From positions 1 through 64,000 of IMG/VR virus record IMGVR_UViG_3300028920_000057: a DNA stretch of 64,000 bases, one strand, 5' to 3'. The notes beneath the pieces are model-generated. The model was not told where the DNA came from and searched no databases. It was given only the letters and a program-made list of their open reading frames with translations. This DNA comes from a virus. The translations under genes were made by a program, and so were the position numbers. Position 1 is the first letter of the stretch, and the number at the start of each line of letters is the position of its first letter. This document shows, in pieces, positions 1-9,424 of the stretch.

Positions 1-1352
1 ACATCACCATTACTTGTATCAAAATAAAGATCTCCAACTCTGCCAAAGGTATCGTCGGGAACACCATAATCGGTATACCAATATGTTCCATCAGCTCCAT
101 CAGCTCCATCAGCTCCATCAGCTCCAGACGATCCTGTGATACCTATTGGTCCTTGAGGTCCGGTTTCGCCCTGTATGCCTTGTGCTCCCGAAGAACCGGT
201 TAAACCGATAGGACCTTGCGGTCCCGTTGCTCCATCTGCGCCCGAAGATCCTGTTGGGCCTGTTTCTCCCTGTATTCCCTGAATCCCTTGTATGCCTTGT
301 GGCCCCTGAATGCCTTGGATACCTTGAGGGCCCTTGATGTTTCCAGAATAAATCCAAGCTCCAGGGTCGTCTCCTGCGCTAGATGAACTGGCTAGAATTC
401 TTTCATAGATATCACCAGTATCCCTGTCAAGGTACAAATCTTGGGCAATACCAATATCATCTGTAGGAGCACCCGTTCCCACATACCACAACGTACCTCG
501 CTGCCCGTCTGCTCCGTCAAGGCCATCTTGACCATCAGCGCCCGACGAACCAATGGGGCCGGTGGCGCCAGTTGGACCTATCGGGCCTTCCGGTCCTTGT
601 GCTCCCGAGGAGCCTGTTTCACCCTGTGGACCTTGAATCCCTTGTGGGCCCTGGATACCCTGCGGCCCCTGAACGCCTTGAGCTCCAGACGAGCCGACCG
701 GACCTGCTGGTCCTATAATATTTGTCTGATAGACCCATGAGTTTGACCCTCCCGAAGAAGAGGACATGGCCAATTTATAATAAACATCACCGGTAGAATT
801 GTCTAAATATAAGTCATAGATTTCGCCGACATCATCTGCTGGTTCTCCAGATCCTACATACCATTTGCTTGAGCCTTCAAATTCCAGATCGTCTATTCTA
901 AGATCGAGCGCATTTATCTGATTCTGAAGACTAACATCTGTAGATTGAAGATCTTCTATATCAGAAATGACTTCATCTAATGAGTCATTAAGAGCAGATA
1001 TGGCAGTTTGCAATGCGTCAATATCATTGCGCTCTGTTAATAGCATTATTACATTAGTCGCGCCATCGACAATATCGTCCGCAGTAATCGCCCCGTCATT
1101 TATGGCTTCTATGATAGTATCGTTAAGATTTGTGGTAAGTGCCAATAGCTTTGTCAGCGCATCAGTAAGGGCGGATTCAATAGCCTGAATGCGTGCATTC
1201 GTAATCGGCTCATCGTCTGTCACGTCTCCCGTATTCTGCACACCTCCTACCCGAGCAAGAGCATCAAGCATTTCCTGGGTAGTAGGCCTGTTTATGATCG
1301 CATCTTGAAGCTCAAGGACGCTTTGTTCAAGTTGTGAATTAGTCATTACCAT
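1..1352 (-). CDS. Collagen-like tail/whisker fibre protein (partial, runs off window start; absent from supplied ORF track)
   Basis: Manual translation from ATG at 1352 (upstream CGAGGA SD-like) gives MVMTNSQLEQSVLELQDAI..., open to position 1. It has an N-terminal coiled coil, then repeated WY.G.G.P.DD.G...DLY(L/F)D...GD(V/I)Y knob units alternating with Gly-X-Y runs of 24 (498-713) and 27 (90-332) triplets. Confidence 0.9.
   Translation of the reverse strand, partial: MVMTNSQLEQSVLELQDAIINRPTTQEMLDALARVGGVQNTGDVTDDEPITNARIQAIESALTDALTKLLALTTNLNDTIIEAINDGAITADDIVDGATNVIMLLTERNDIDALQTAISALNDSLDEVISDIEDLQSTDVSLQNQINALDLRIDDLEFEGSSKWYVGSGEPADDVGEIYDLYLDNSTGDVYYKLAMSSSSGGSNSWVYQTNIIGPAGPVGSSGAQGVQGPQGIQGPQGIQGPQGETGSSGAQGPEGPIGPTGATGPIGSSGADGQDGLDGADGQRGTLWYVGTGAPTDDIGIAQDLYLDRDTGDIYERILASSSSAGDDPGAWIYSGNIKGPQGIQGIQGPQGIQGIQGIQGETGPTGSSGADGATGPQGPIGLTGSSGAQGIQGETGPQGPIGITGSSGADGADGADGADGTYWYTDYGVPDDTFGRVGDLYFDTSNGD
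88..126 (-). repeat. 9-bp tandem repeat (CCATCAGCT x~4) encoding (Gly-Ala-Asp)n in the collagen segment
   Basis: Directly visible: ccatcagctccatcagctccatcagctccatcagctcca. Confidence 0.85.
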
Positions 1353-1383
1353 GGGATTTCCTCGGTTGATTCACTGTGTGTAA

Positions 1384-1434
1384 ATTATATCTCTAATACT
1401 CTTTCTATTATATCGTTAAACTTGCTTTTGCCAA
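1384..1434 (-). promoter_or_regulatory. Putative sigma70-like promoter for the collagen fibre gene
   Basis: Minus strand reads TTGGCA (1429-1434), a 16-nt spacer, then TATAAT (1407-1412). A second TATAAT lies at 1384-1389. This is one of the few real intergenic gaps in the operon. Confidence 0.5.
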
Positions 1435-1448
1435 TGGGTATGTTTCGC

Positions 1449-4079
1449 TTAACTAACCACACATCCGGCAACTTTAAATTCTTCTACTTCCCAATATATT
1501 GAATCACTCGTGATAATTCTCCAATATCTATGAGATCCTACATCGGGGGTGTCTGCCATAAATGCCTTTGTATGTCCTCCTGCCTGTTCGCAATAAAAAC
1601 ATTCCGGCACAAGTCCCGACTTAGCCGTACTCCAATCTATTGCATTGTCGCTATATTCTAAATCAATAGACGAGGTACTATTGCTTCCAGTGTCATATTC
1701 CTGAGCAATTGTAACACTCAATACCTTTTGAGCAGAACCAAGGTCTATTCCAATCCATGGATTAGTATCATCTAAGGCTCTCCAGAATGTACTGGTACTT
1801 CCATCTGTAGCATTAATGGGACCATGAGTCCTTGATCCAGAACTCGAAGAACTTGGAAGAGAATATTCGTCGAATCCGGTCCCATTGAAATAATCTTGAC
1901 AAATCCTAAAGGTTTCAGGACTACAATCACTTACATCAAGAGGTATAATCGACGTGTCTCCGCCACAATCTGTCCACGCAGTATCGCAATTATTTCCATA
2001 GATATTAAGCGCCTGTGGCGTCACTCCATCTGCAACAAGCTTGGTTGGACGAGGAGATACGTCGGGATCTGCCCACAAATAATCACAACATCCAATATAG
2101 TTCGGATAATAATAGGCACACGAAGCGAATCCCGCCCATGTTGGCTCATAATATTTCCAATAAATCCCACCAGAAAGATCCATAATAATAAAGGCACAAT
2201 CATCGGTATAATCGCTGACAAATATGGTGCAATAACGCCCCTGATCGGCAGACCAGTCATCCATAGGATCAAAGGCATAACCATATTCATCTTGATTGGT
2301 ATCAGATCCGGTGCTGTCTACTAGATCTGCTAAAACATAACCCTGATAATCTATATAGCTACTTCCTTCCAATTCGGTATCACATAATTTATCTTCGGCA
2401 CAATCGTCTACTTCGCCGCAATCATGTGTCGGCCCGTCTAATGTTGTTGTTTGTCCGGTATCACAATAATCCTCATTAAGGACCAGAGCGTCTATGTCTG
2501 CCTGAGTTTCTACGTCAGAAGCGCTTCCTCCCGGCATTGCATAGACAGACACGCCGGAACCATCTGGCTCAAAGTTTGTAAAGTATAGACAATCATGCTC
2601 CGAATCATACCAATACTTTTGAGTTGGTGGATATTCTTCATATTCAGACCCATTTTGTTCTGGACATGGATATTGATTACTGTTATAGCACTTTTTCCCG
2701 AGATCATCTTCAACCCAGCAGTCTTGATACCATGTACCATAGCCATATACTGTGGGAGGATAATCGTCAGCAAAAGAATCTCCATAAGAATAAGATAGAC
2801 TATAGCAATCTGTATTCTCAAAACGTTCAAGAGAATTATTATCATAATTCGTACTATTGAAATCTGTTACACATTGGGCGCACGCTTCTACAACACTACT
2901 GCTGGATTCTGAAGAACTAGATTCCGATGAACTGGATTCACTAGAGCTGGAAGATTCCGAACTAGAAGATTCAGACGAACTACTCGACTCCGAACTACTC
3001 GATTCTGAGGAGCTACTCGACTCTGAGCTTGATGACTCTGATGAGCTAGATTCAGAACTGCTTGATTCGCTTGAACTAGATTCTGAAGAAGACGACTCTG
3101 AGCTACCACTTGACTCAGAGCTGGATGAAGATTCAGAGCTTAAACTGGATTCTGAACTACTAGACTCTGACGAACTGCTGGATTCAGAACTAGAGCTTGA
3201 TTCACTGGAGCTGGACGATTCAGAGCTTGAGCTGGACTCCGAGCTAGATGATTCACTGGAGCTGGACGACTCAGAGCTTGAGCTGGACTCTGAGCTACTT
3301 GATTCACTGGAGCTGGATGACTCAGAGCTTGAGCTGGACTCTGAGCTACTTGATTCACTGGAGCTGGATGACTCAGAGCTTGAGCTGGACTCCGAGCTAG
3401 ATGATTCACTGGAGCTGGACGACTCAGAGCTTGAGCTGGACTCTGAGCTACTTGATTCACTGGAGCTGGACGACTCAGAGCTTGAGCTGGACTCTGAGCT
3501 ACTTGATTCACTGGAGCTGGACGATTCAGAGCTTGAGCTGGACTCCGAGCTAGATGATTCAGAAGATTCCGATTCACTACTTTCACTTGATTCTGAAGTT
3601 TCAGAAGTAGACAACGAACCAGAACCAGGCGCTGCACCAGACGAAGTTGGCTGATGCGCAGAAGAAGAGCAGGGCTCACATTCTGGACATGGCCATGGTT
3701 CTTGGAACGGACCTCTTTGTCCATCTTCTCCGGCTGGCCCCTGATTTCCGTCAGGCCCAGCAGGTGCCACATAAGTTTCTGGTTGAGGAGGACCCCAAAA
3801 AAGCACGGCAGAAATCACTCCATCGTTTCTCGTATCCTCAAATAAATCTATGATCTGATCGGGGGTGATGTTGTGCTTCTGGATATAATCTTCTACGGGA
3901 CTGAAGTTCGCTTTTGGAACATAATCCCACTTCTTAACTTTGATCAAAACCGGATTGGGAGGAGTCTCATAGAGAGGCGTATTCCAAACATGTCTCCCCT
4001 GTAATAGCTCTTTCAGCTCATCGATCTTAGCCTGTAAATCTAGGCAATTACATTCTTCAGAACTACTGGAACTTGTCAT
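1449..4079 (-). CDS. Modular fibre/adhesin: N-terminal trimerisation domain with short collagen, ~240-aa Ser/Glu linker, Cys/Tyr/Asp-rich region, C-terminal F5/8 type C (discoidin-like) domain
   Basis: 876 aa. GPDGNQGPAGEDGQRGP collagen stub; (SE-SSSS)n tract. The C-terminus NATDGSTSTFW...PWIGIDLG...LEYSDNAIDW...RYWRI...WEVEEF matches the discoidin/CBM32-like pattern. Confidence 0.75.
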   Translation of the reverse strand: MTSSSSSEECNCLDLQAKIDELKELLQGRHVWNTPLYETPPNPVLIKVKKWDYVPKANFSPVEDYIQKHNITPDQIIDLFEDTRNDGVISAVLFWGPPQPETYVAPAGPDGNQGPAGEDGQRGPFQEPWPCPECEPCSSSAHQPTSSGAAPGSGSLSTSETSESSESSESESSESSSSESSSSSESSSSSESSSSESSSSSESSSSSESSSSESSSSSESSSSSESSSSESSSSSESSSSSESSSSESSSSSESSSSSESSSSESSSSSESSSSSESSSSESSSSSESSSSSESSSSSESSSSSESSSSESSLSSESSSSSESSGSSESSSSESSSSESSSSESSSSESSSSESSSSSESSSSESSSSSESSSSESSSSSESSSSESSSSESSSSVVEACAQCVTDFNSTNYDNNSLERFENTDCYSLSYSYGDSFADDYPPTVYGYGTWYQDCWVEDDLGKKCYNSNQYPCPEQNGSEYEEYPPTQKYWYDSEHDCLYFTNFEPDGSGVSVYAMPGGSASDVETQADIDALVLNEDYCDTGQTTTLDGPTHDCGEVDDCAEDKLCDTELEGSSYIDYQGYVLADLVDSTGSDTNQDEYGYAFDPMDDWSADQGRYCTIFVSDYTDDCAFIIMDLSGGIYWKYYEPTWAGFASCAYYYPNYIGCCDYLWADPDVSPRPTKLVADGVTPQALNIYGNNCDTAWTDCGGDTSIIPLDVSDCSPETFRICQDYFNGTGFDEYSLPSSSSSGSRTHGPINATDGSTSTFWRALDDTNPWIGIDLGSAQKVLSVTIAQEYDTGSNSTSSIDLEYSDNAIDWSTAKSGLVPECFYCEQAGGHTKAFMADTPDVGSHRYWRIITSDSIYWEVEEFKVAGCVVS
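3199..3555. repeat. 51-bp tandem repeat, 7 copies, encoding a 17-aa Ser/Glu unit
   Basis: GATTCACTGGAGCTGGA recurs at 3199, 3250, 3301, 3352, 3403, 3454 and 3505 (exact 51-bp period), flanked by degenerate Ser/Glu-coding sequence at ~2897-3600. Confidence 0.95.
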
Positions 4080-4474
4080 TCACAATCCCTGCACCGAGGT
4101 TGCACACAAGGAGGACCTGGAGGACCGTCTCGTCCCGGAAGGCCGGCAGGGCCATCGGCGCCTGGAGGGCCTGCGATAAGAATAGGATTGGCTGGTCCCC
4201 ACATGAGAATAATCGTAAGAACCCCATCCGTACGACGCTCATGTGTCACTCCCACTACCATATCTCTGGTTATATTGTGTTTAGCAATATAATCATCAAT
4301 AGCAGACGTATTGCCTTTTGGTGTAATATCAAATTTCTTCGTCTGCACCAATGTAGGCTTCGTTTCTAGCTCTATATCTATCGGGGTTTGATATTCAATC
4401 TTCCCCTGTAGAGCATCAATTATCTGGTTTAATTGTTCTTGAATATCTGTGCATTCCATTATAGCTTCATACAT
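4076..4474 (-). CDS. Short collagen-containing fibre protein, paralogue of the N-terminal domain of 1449..4079
   Basis: C.D.Q......LQG....TP...KK.D..PK.N.S...DYI.KHNIT.D.......R.DGV.....WGP is shared by both proteins, followed by Gly-X-Y and a C..CE motif. Confidence 0.8.
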   Translation of the reverse strand: MYEAIMECTDIQEQLNQIIDALQGKIEYQTPIDIELETKPTLVQTKKFDITPKGNTSAIDDYIAKHNITRDMVVGVTHERRTDGVLTIILMWGPANPILIAGPPGADGPAGLPGRDGPPGPPCVQPRCRDCE

Positions 4475-5229
4475 AAATCGGGTTTATAAATCCACGGAGT
4501 AACCGTTGCGCTGTCTGTTTTATCGAGACCATATTTCGTTACCAATGCTTTGGCAATAGGCTCTGAGGCTGCTCTCAACTTTATGGTATTTATCTGATGA
4601 TTATATGTTAAAAGATTGATAGCTCCATAGGAAAATCTTTGATCTATCTTAGGGCCTAGAATGGCGACGTTCATATCTAGAATCATAATATCCAGAAGAG
4701 CTTCCTGTACTGGCATCTGTATGTCATTTAATATTGCTATCCTTCTTGCTTTCTTTAGATGTTCAAGAGCACGGAGAGAGGCAGAAAACCATCGTTGATG
4801 ATCTTTAAGCATAGGCTCATGATCACAAGCAAACATAATTAGATAGCCGGAATACATTTCGTGCATGAATTCAATATCAGCAGTTATTTGCTTTTGTCTG
4901 CAGCATTCATAGGCAACATCAGACAATTGCGCGATAGCAGGAACAACTCCGAGCTTGAGAGGAATGGCAATATCAATAATAGAATACAGAATAAACAAAG
5001 CCGTATGAGGATGCCATTCTTTATAGCGAGTCTTTAGGTAGCTCTCTAGTTTAAGTTCTTTAATTCTGCACATTTCAAGTATGGCTAGAGCAAATACATG
5101 GCAATCAGAAAGCCCCAAGGCCTTTGCGCTAGCTCTCTTCTCGTAGATATTCAATATATTGAGATATGTTGCCTGAAGATTCTCTATCATAGGCATCACT
5201 TCTGGCAGGCATTTATTGTTGTCCTTCAT
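4459..5229 (-). CDS. Hypothetical protein (256 aa, helical-looking; possibly a fibre assembly factor)
   Basis: Long ORF coupled to its neighbours by overlaps; no recognisable motif. Confidence 0.6.
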   Translation of the reverse strand: MKDNNKCLPEVMPMIENLQATYLNILNIYEKRASAKALGLSDCHVFALAILEMCRIKELKLESYLKTRYKEWHPHTALFILYSIIDIAIPLKLGVVPAIAQLSDVAYECCRQKQITADIEFMHEMYSGYLIMFACDHEPMLKDHQRWFSASLRALEHLKKARRIAILNDIQMPVQEALLDIMILDMNVAILGPKIDQRFSYGAINLLTYNHQINTIKLRAASEPIAKALVTKYGLDKTDSATVTPWIYKPDLCMKL

Positions 5230-8200
5230 TATTGATCAGCCTCTGCTTCTGTTGATTTTTCAAAAGACCTTTCCACAAAAATACTAAACGCTGTCTTGTG
5301 GATAAATTTAAACTCATGAGTATGGCTCTTAAGCCATTCTGCCCCTTTGTAGAGCTCATTAACATCTGATGCTAGAATACGGTCACCCTTTTCCAGGATA
5401 GTATTTAGTTCAGAGTCGCGTACCGTGCTTTTAACCTGACGCACATTATATGTATCTGCCGACGCACTTGTGCCTGAAGTAAACAAGGTCTTAATAGATT
5501 CACCGTCAACCGGTTTGTCGGTTTCGCCCGTTTCATGCTTAAGGTCTACGCCTGCGAACTGATAGATCGTGCCGCTCTTTTTCCCATGCTTTGAGAAGTC
5601 TTTCTCGATAGGAGTTAACGCCTCGACACGTTCTGATCTATTCATAAAATAAGAGACAGGAGAAGCCAGCCTAGATCCGGCCTTTTCGGTGTCCGAACTT
5701 CCTTCGTCCGTTCTTCTTAATGCCGCATTAAAAGATTCAGGAGTGCCGGGAACATCGCCTAGCGAGGCTCTTGTGTCTCTATCTACAAGTATTACGCTGT
5801 GATTCTTTAGAGTAAATCCATGAGCAAGATGATCTCTAACTTCTCGAGACTTACCTTCTATTACGATAGATTTAAAGTCAAAGCCACTGGCGTGAGAGAG
5901 TTCTGTTGTAGATTGAGGCGCCTCAGCTTCTTTGTATTTTCTAAAACCTTTATACGCATCAGTTTCTGCAACCTCCCACCACTCAGGCGTCTTCCCGTCT
6001 GTCAGGTCGTCTTCGAGAAAGATCTTAACTCCACGATATTTGGGACTTTCAGAATCTCCAAACGTATCTACACATACAACGTCATGATTCGTAGTGGTGC
6101 CATCCGTATAATGAACTGTAATTATTCTTGGTCCAATATAAACGTCGAGACTTCCTCTGGCCCCTATATAATCGTAAGGCACAGGCTCAAGCCCTCCTCC
6201 TGACGAGGAAGACGTCATCGCAGCAATACAACTCCCCTCCGGCTGAGCATTACCGCTCTCGGTAATCGGATATTTGCCCGTGATATCAAGCCACGAACTA
6301 TCTATCAAATAATCATCTTCGTCTTGGACGTTTTCATCTGTCAAATGCTTTTTGTATCTTAAGGGAGAGTCACCTCCTATAGCATCAAGAATGTCGTTGT
6401 CGGCATCCATATTTAAGGCCATGATAGGTAAACCAAGAGAGACAACGGCATCTCCAGTAACATATTGAGTTCCCTCATTAATATCAACCCTGTATTCACC
6501 AAAGCGCTGTGAATTAATACATTTAAATCTGTCTAAATAATCGGCATCTTCTCTGGTGGCTTTCAATTCGTCATCAAGTAGATCTAATCCGTCTTCTCTT
6601 ACTGTTTCGATTTGGCCCTTGGTTGCAGGAGCCGTATCTAATATATCCATAATAGTTTCATAGTTGTCTATTGCAGTTTCAATACCTACCTGCATGATAT
6701 AAGCTTCGTTCTCGCTCGCATCGAGCTGAGAGATGATAGCTGTGATACCATTCTCTTCATACTTGTATACAGTAGAAGCTATTGCAGAAGAAGGAGTTTC
6801 GTCGCTGACATCTTCTGCTACCTGAATAGCGTCAGATCCTACTACAGATTTAATTCTGTAAGGCTCATCTCCGTTGTACCCCGGAACCTTCAATAGTTGT
6901 CCAGGCGCCAATCCTTGGGTCGTACTGACTACCAGTGTATTGTTCGTTTCACTAAAACTTTGAACATTAACTGTAGATGTACCAACCAGCTTCAGTTCAG
7001 ATCTTCCGAATGCCAGATATGAAGACCCATTAAGATTTACGGAAAGCTCCACTTCGTGGAGGTCGTCTTCCTGGTCTGAAGAGATAACAACATCTCCGCA
7101 TAGATGAAGAATTAAGTTACCTTTTCTGTCTGAGACAGCAGCATGAACGGTCCACATGGAGTCCGTATCGGATAGTGCTCTGTCGTCAAATTCTCTATAC
7201 AAGCTCGGTTCTATCCAGATTTCAACCAAGTCTCTCATAGACTCTTTTAATATTTCTGTATTCCAGGATTCGTTTCCATCAGATTGTCCCAGGTCATCTA
7301 TTTGAAAGTTAACGTTTCTAAAATAATACCTACTGTAGTCTATGTCTGTCTGTATTGGTTCGTTATTTATCAGTCCCCGTCCATCATTGTCTCCACCTGT
7401 TCTTGCGATTCCTTTGGGTCCATCTGAATCATAATAACCTTTGCCATCACCAACGTCCCCAAACATTACCATTGGGGCTACAGAGTTGAATACTTCTCCA
7501 TCTATTCTGGCAAAAGTATTGAAGAACAGGGTCTCTTTCTTTGTTTTGCCACCCCAATCGTGTTCGAGATAGAAATTAGGTAGTTCAGAAAAGGCGTGGG
7601 GAGATAATGTGGTACACAAACACCCTGGTCGACCCATAGATAATACGTAGGCACGTCGACGATATTTATTTGCGGCAGAGTTAATATTGCTTAGCCCCTT
7701 GGGGATAAAGGATATACGCAGATATCCTTCATTTCCAAAGAGCCTCTCTTTAATGTCGTAGACTGCTGCTGGGTAATAAGCGTTTGGATTATAGACCGGA
7801 CCGATAGGATAGGAAGTAGGAGCATCATCGTCGTTATCAAGAATGTTATATACTTCACCATCAAATATCGTTTCGTCAAAATCATGGCTAGGATGGTCGA
7901 AGGGTACAAGCTTCATTTCTTGCGCCAAGACAGGAGTGTCTGCAAGGATCCTGGTTCTTCGAGAAACCTCCTGTCCTACGTACGATGTATTCGTAAGCTG
8001 AGTTCTGTATTCTTGAGCAGCATCATTGAACCAGGGATCTTCAGATAGCTTTGTCAAGTTTACCATGAGATCATGCTCTTCTGTAGCGGTAGGCGTCTCC
8101 GACATATAGGCTGGGTATCTCTCGTCTGTAAAGTCGAACGTTTCAAAGTCTTGATAGAAGACATAGTTATCCAGATCAGAAAAGCTCGAGCCATAGTACC

Positions 8201-9422
8201 AGGAGTGCTGAAGCAGAGGGGTCTCCAATCCAATAACATTCCCACCATACAGATAACCTGCATTACCAATAGTGCTTATCAGGTCTGAGACATAATATGC
8301 CGGCAATAGATCTTCATACTCAGGATCAATATCGAAAGCAGTTCCTTCTTCGCTGTCTTTCGCATTAGTTCCATCCAGACTCTTGAAGTCAATAGTTTGT
8401 AGAACCATATCGTGAGTATGATTTGCATAAGCCACCAGAGCTCGCCTTAATTCATTGATGTGTTCGGCTTGTACCGGGGTCGCCTCGGCGCCCGACGGCA
8501 TTGTTAAGCCCCAGTTATTCGAAAGGTTGGCGCGGAGCGCTGGTGTAAGATTTCCAATCCAGTTAGGGGTCATGTCAGGATAAACGCGCTTTATAAATGG
8601 TATAGTATATTTTGTCGCAGCGTTTTCGTTGGTGATTTTATATCCCGTAAACATATCTGGATTAAACGGTTTCTCTGTAGCCCACTTTGGAGGCTTGGTA
8701 TAATCTATAAAGTGCGATCCTCTAACTATCGTTGAATAGCCCTTAAATTCTTCTTCGGAAGTAATCGCTCCGATATACTGACGAGGATGTCTTTGACCTC
8801 CATCACCATATCTGTTGCGCCACTGAATAGTTTTATCATACCAATTATGACTACCTCTATGATTGTGTGCGCTATGTTTCTTTCTGTATGTTTCTTCTTC
8901 GTTCTTGCCCACGAAAGAATAGCCGGCCATATCCTGATATACAAAATGAATTTTATGAACATGACGATAATTCAATTCACAAATACGTCTTAATTCATTT
9001 ATTCTATTGGCAAGAACGAGATATTGTGCGGCTCGAGTTCTTTCTGCCGCAGTATCCATTGGAAGAGTATCGTTTAGAAGTGATTCCGGGCAGGACAATG
9101 CATAATCCCCCTCCGTCCCATATTGAAAAGTTTCCTGGACTAGAAGTTTAGGAGAAAATGTAGAATCGAATTCTTGATTCACCTTAAACAGATTCTCTGG
9201 AATAGAATAGTCCCACTTCCTGTCTTGAGGTATTACGGTCTCATCGTTAAGCATTTCCATTATGCCTTCTGTCGTCAAGGCTCTGGTATCTCCGAGTATG
9301 GCTCTCTGTGTTACTATCTGCAGGATAGCATTAGCTTGATCGTTGCTAGGGTATACTAATACCGGAGACTCGGTCCAGCCGATACCTTCGGTCTCTAAGT
9401 CTTGATAAGAAAGACTGGTCAT
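5229..9422 (-). CDS. Large tail fibre / baseplate-associated structural protein
   Basis: 1397 aa, acidic. Three copies of an A..(I/V)NEL......HxH motif (ANRINELRR..RHVH, AEHINELRR..NHTH, ASDVNELYK..SHTH) resemble trimeric fibre elements. One TSSSSGGG tract. Confidence 0.65.
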   Translation of the reverse strand: MTSLSYQDLETEGIGWTESPVLVYPSNDQANAILQIVTQRAILGDTRALTTEGIMEMLNDETVIPQDRKWDYSIPENLFKVNQEFDSTFSPKLLVQETFQYGTEGDYALSCPESLLNDTLPMDTAAERTRAAQYLVLANRINELRRICELNYRHVHKIHFVYQDMAGYSFVGKNEEETYRKKHSAHNHRGSHNWYDKTIQWRNRYGDGGQRHPRQYIGAITSEEEFKGYSTIVRGSHFIDYTKPPKWATEKPFNPDMFTGYKITNENAATKYTIPFIKRVYPDMTPNWIGNLTPALRANLSNNWGLTMPSGAEATPVQAEHINELRRALVAYANHTHDMVLQTIDFKSLDGTNAKDSEEGTAFDIDPEYEDLLPAYYVSDLISTIGNAGYLYGGNVIGLETPLLQHSWYYGSSFSDLDNYVFYQDFETFDFTDERYPAYMSETPTATEEHDLMVNLTKLSEDPWFNDAAQEYRTQLTNTSYVGQEVSRRTRILADTPVLAQEMKLVPFDHPSHDFDETIFDGEVYNILDNDDDAPTSYPIGPVYNPNAYYPAAVYDIKERLFGNEGYLRISFIPKGLSNINSAANKYRRRAYVLSMGRPGCLCTTLSPHAFSELPNFYLEHDWGGKTKKETLFFNTFARIDGEVFNSVAPMVMFGDVGDGKGYYDSDGPKGIARTGGDNDGRGLINNEPIQTDIDYSRYYFRNVNFQIDDLGQSDGNESWNTEILKESMRDLVEIWIEPSLYREFDDRALSDTDSMWTVHAAVSDRKGNLILHLCGDVVISSDQEDDLHEVELSVNLNGSSYLAFGRSELKLVGTSTVNVQSFSETNNTLVVSTTQGLAPGQLLKVPGYNGDEPYRIKSVVGSDAIQVAEDVSDETPSSAIASTVYKYEENGITAIISQLDASENEAYIMQVGIETAIDNYETIMDILDTAPATKGQIETVREDGLDLLDDELKATREDADYLDRFKCINSQRFGEYRVDINEGTQYVTGDAVVSLGLPIMALNMDADNDILDAIGGDSPLRYKKHLTDENVQDEDDYLIDSSWLDITGKYPITESGNAQPEGSCIAAMTSSSSGGGLEPVPYDYIGARGSLDVYIGPRIITVHYTDGTTTNHDVVCVDTFGDSESPKYRGVKIFLEDDLTDGKTPEWWEVAETDAYKGFRKYKEAEAPQSTTELSHASGFDFKSIVIEGKSREVRDHLAHGFTLKNHSVILVDRDTRASLGDVPGTPESFNAALRRTDEGSSDTEKAGSRLASPVSYFMNRSERVEALTPIEKDFSKHGKKSGTIYQFAGVDLKHETGETDKPVDGESIKTLFTSGTSASADTYNVRQVKSTVRDSELNTILEKGDRILASDVNELYKGAEWLKSHTHEFKFIHKTAFSIFVERSFEKSTEAEADQ

Positions 9423-9424
9423 TA

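Noticed and set aside
118-1188. Listed small ORFs 118..357, 441..740 and 967..1188
   Set aside because: All overlap the unlisted collagen-fibre frame (1352 to <1), which explains the sequence.
3199-3555. Regular repeats resembling a CRISPR array
   Set aside because: Head-to-tail 51-bp units with no unique spacers, in frame inside a CDS; no cas genes.
2857-3654. 265-aa plus-strand (LDSE)n ORF and the alternative-frame ORFs 3140..3772 and 2888..3109
   Set aside because: Shadows of the Ser/Glu repeat on the coding strand; no SD, and opposite to or out of frame with the operon.
4459-5229. The 256-aa ORF as the enzyme modifying the Ser tracts
   Set aside because: No recognisable glycosyltransferase or kinase motifs; cannot be supported from sequence alone.
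1449-9422. Diversity-generating retroelement target in the fibre genes
   Set aside because: No reverse transcriptase and no template/variable repeat pair seen in the window.
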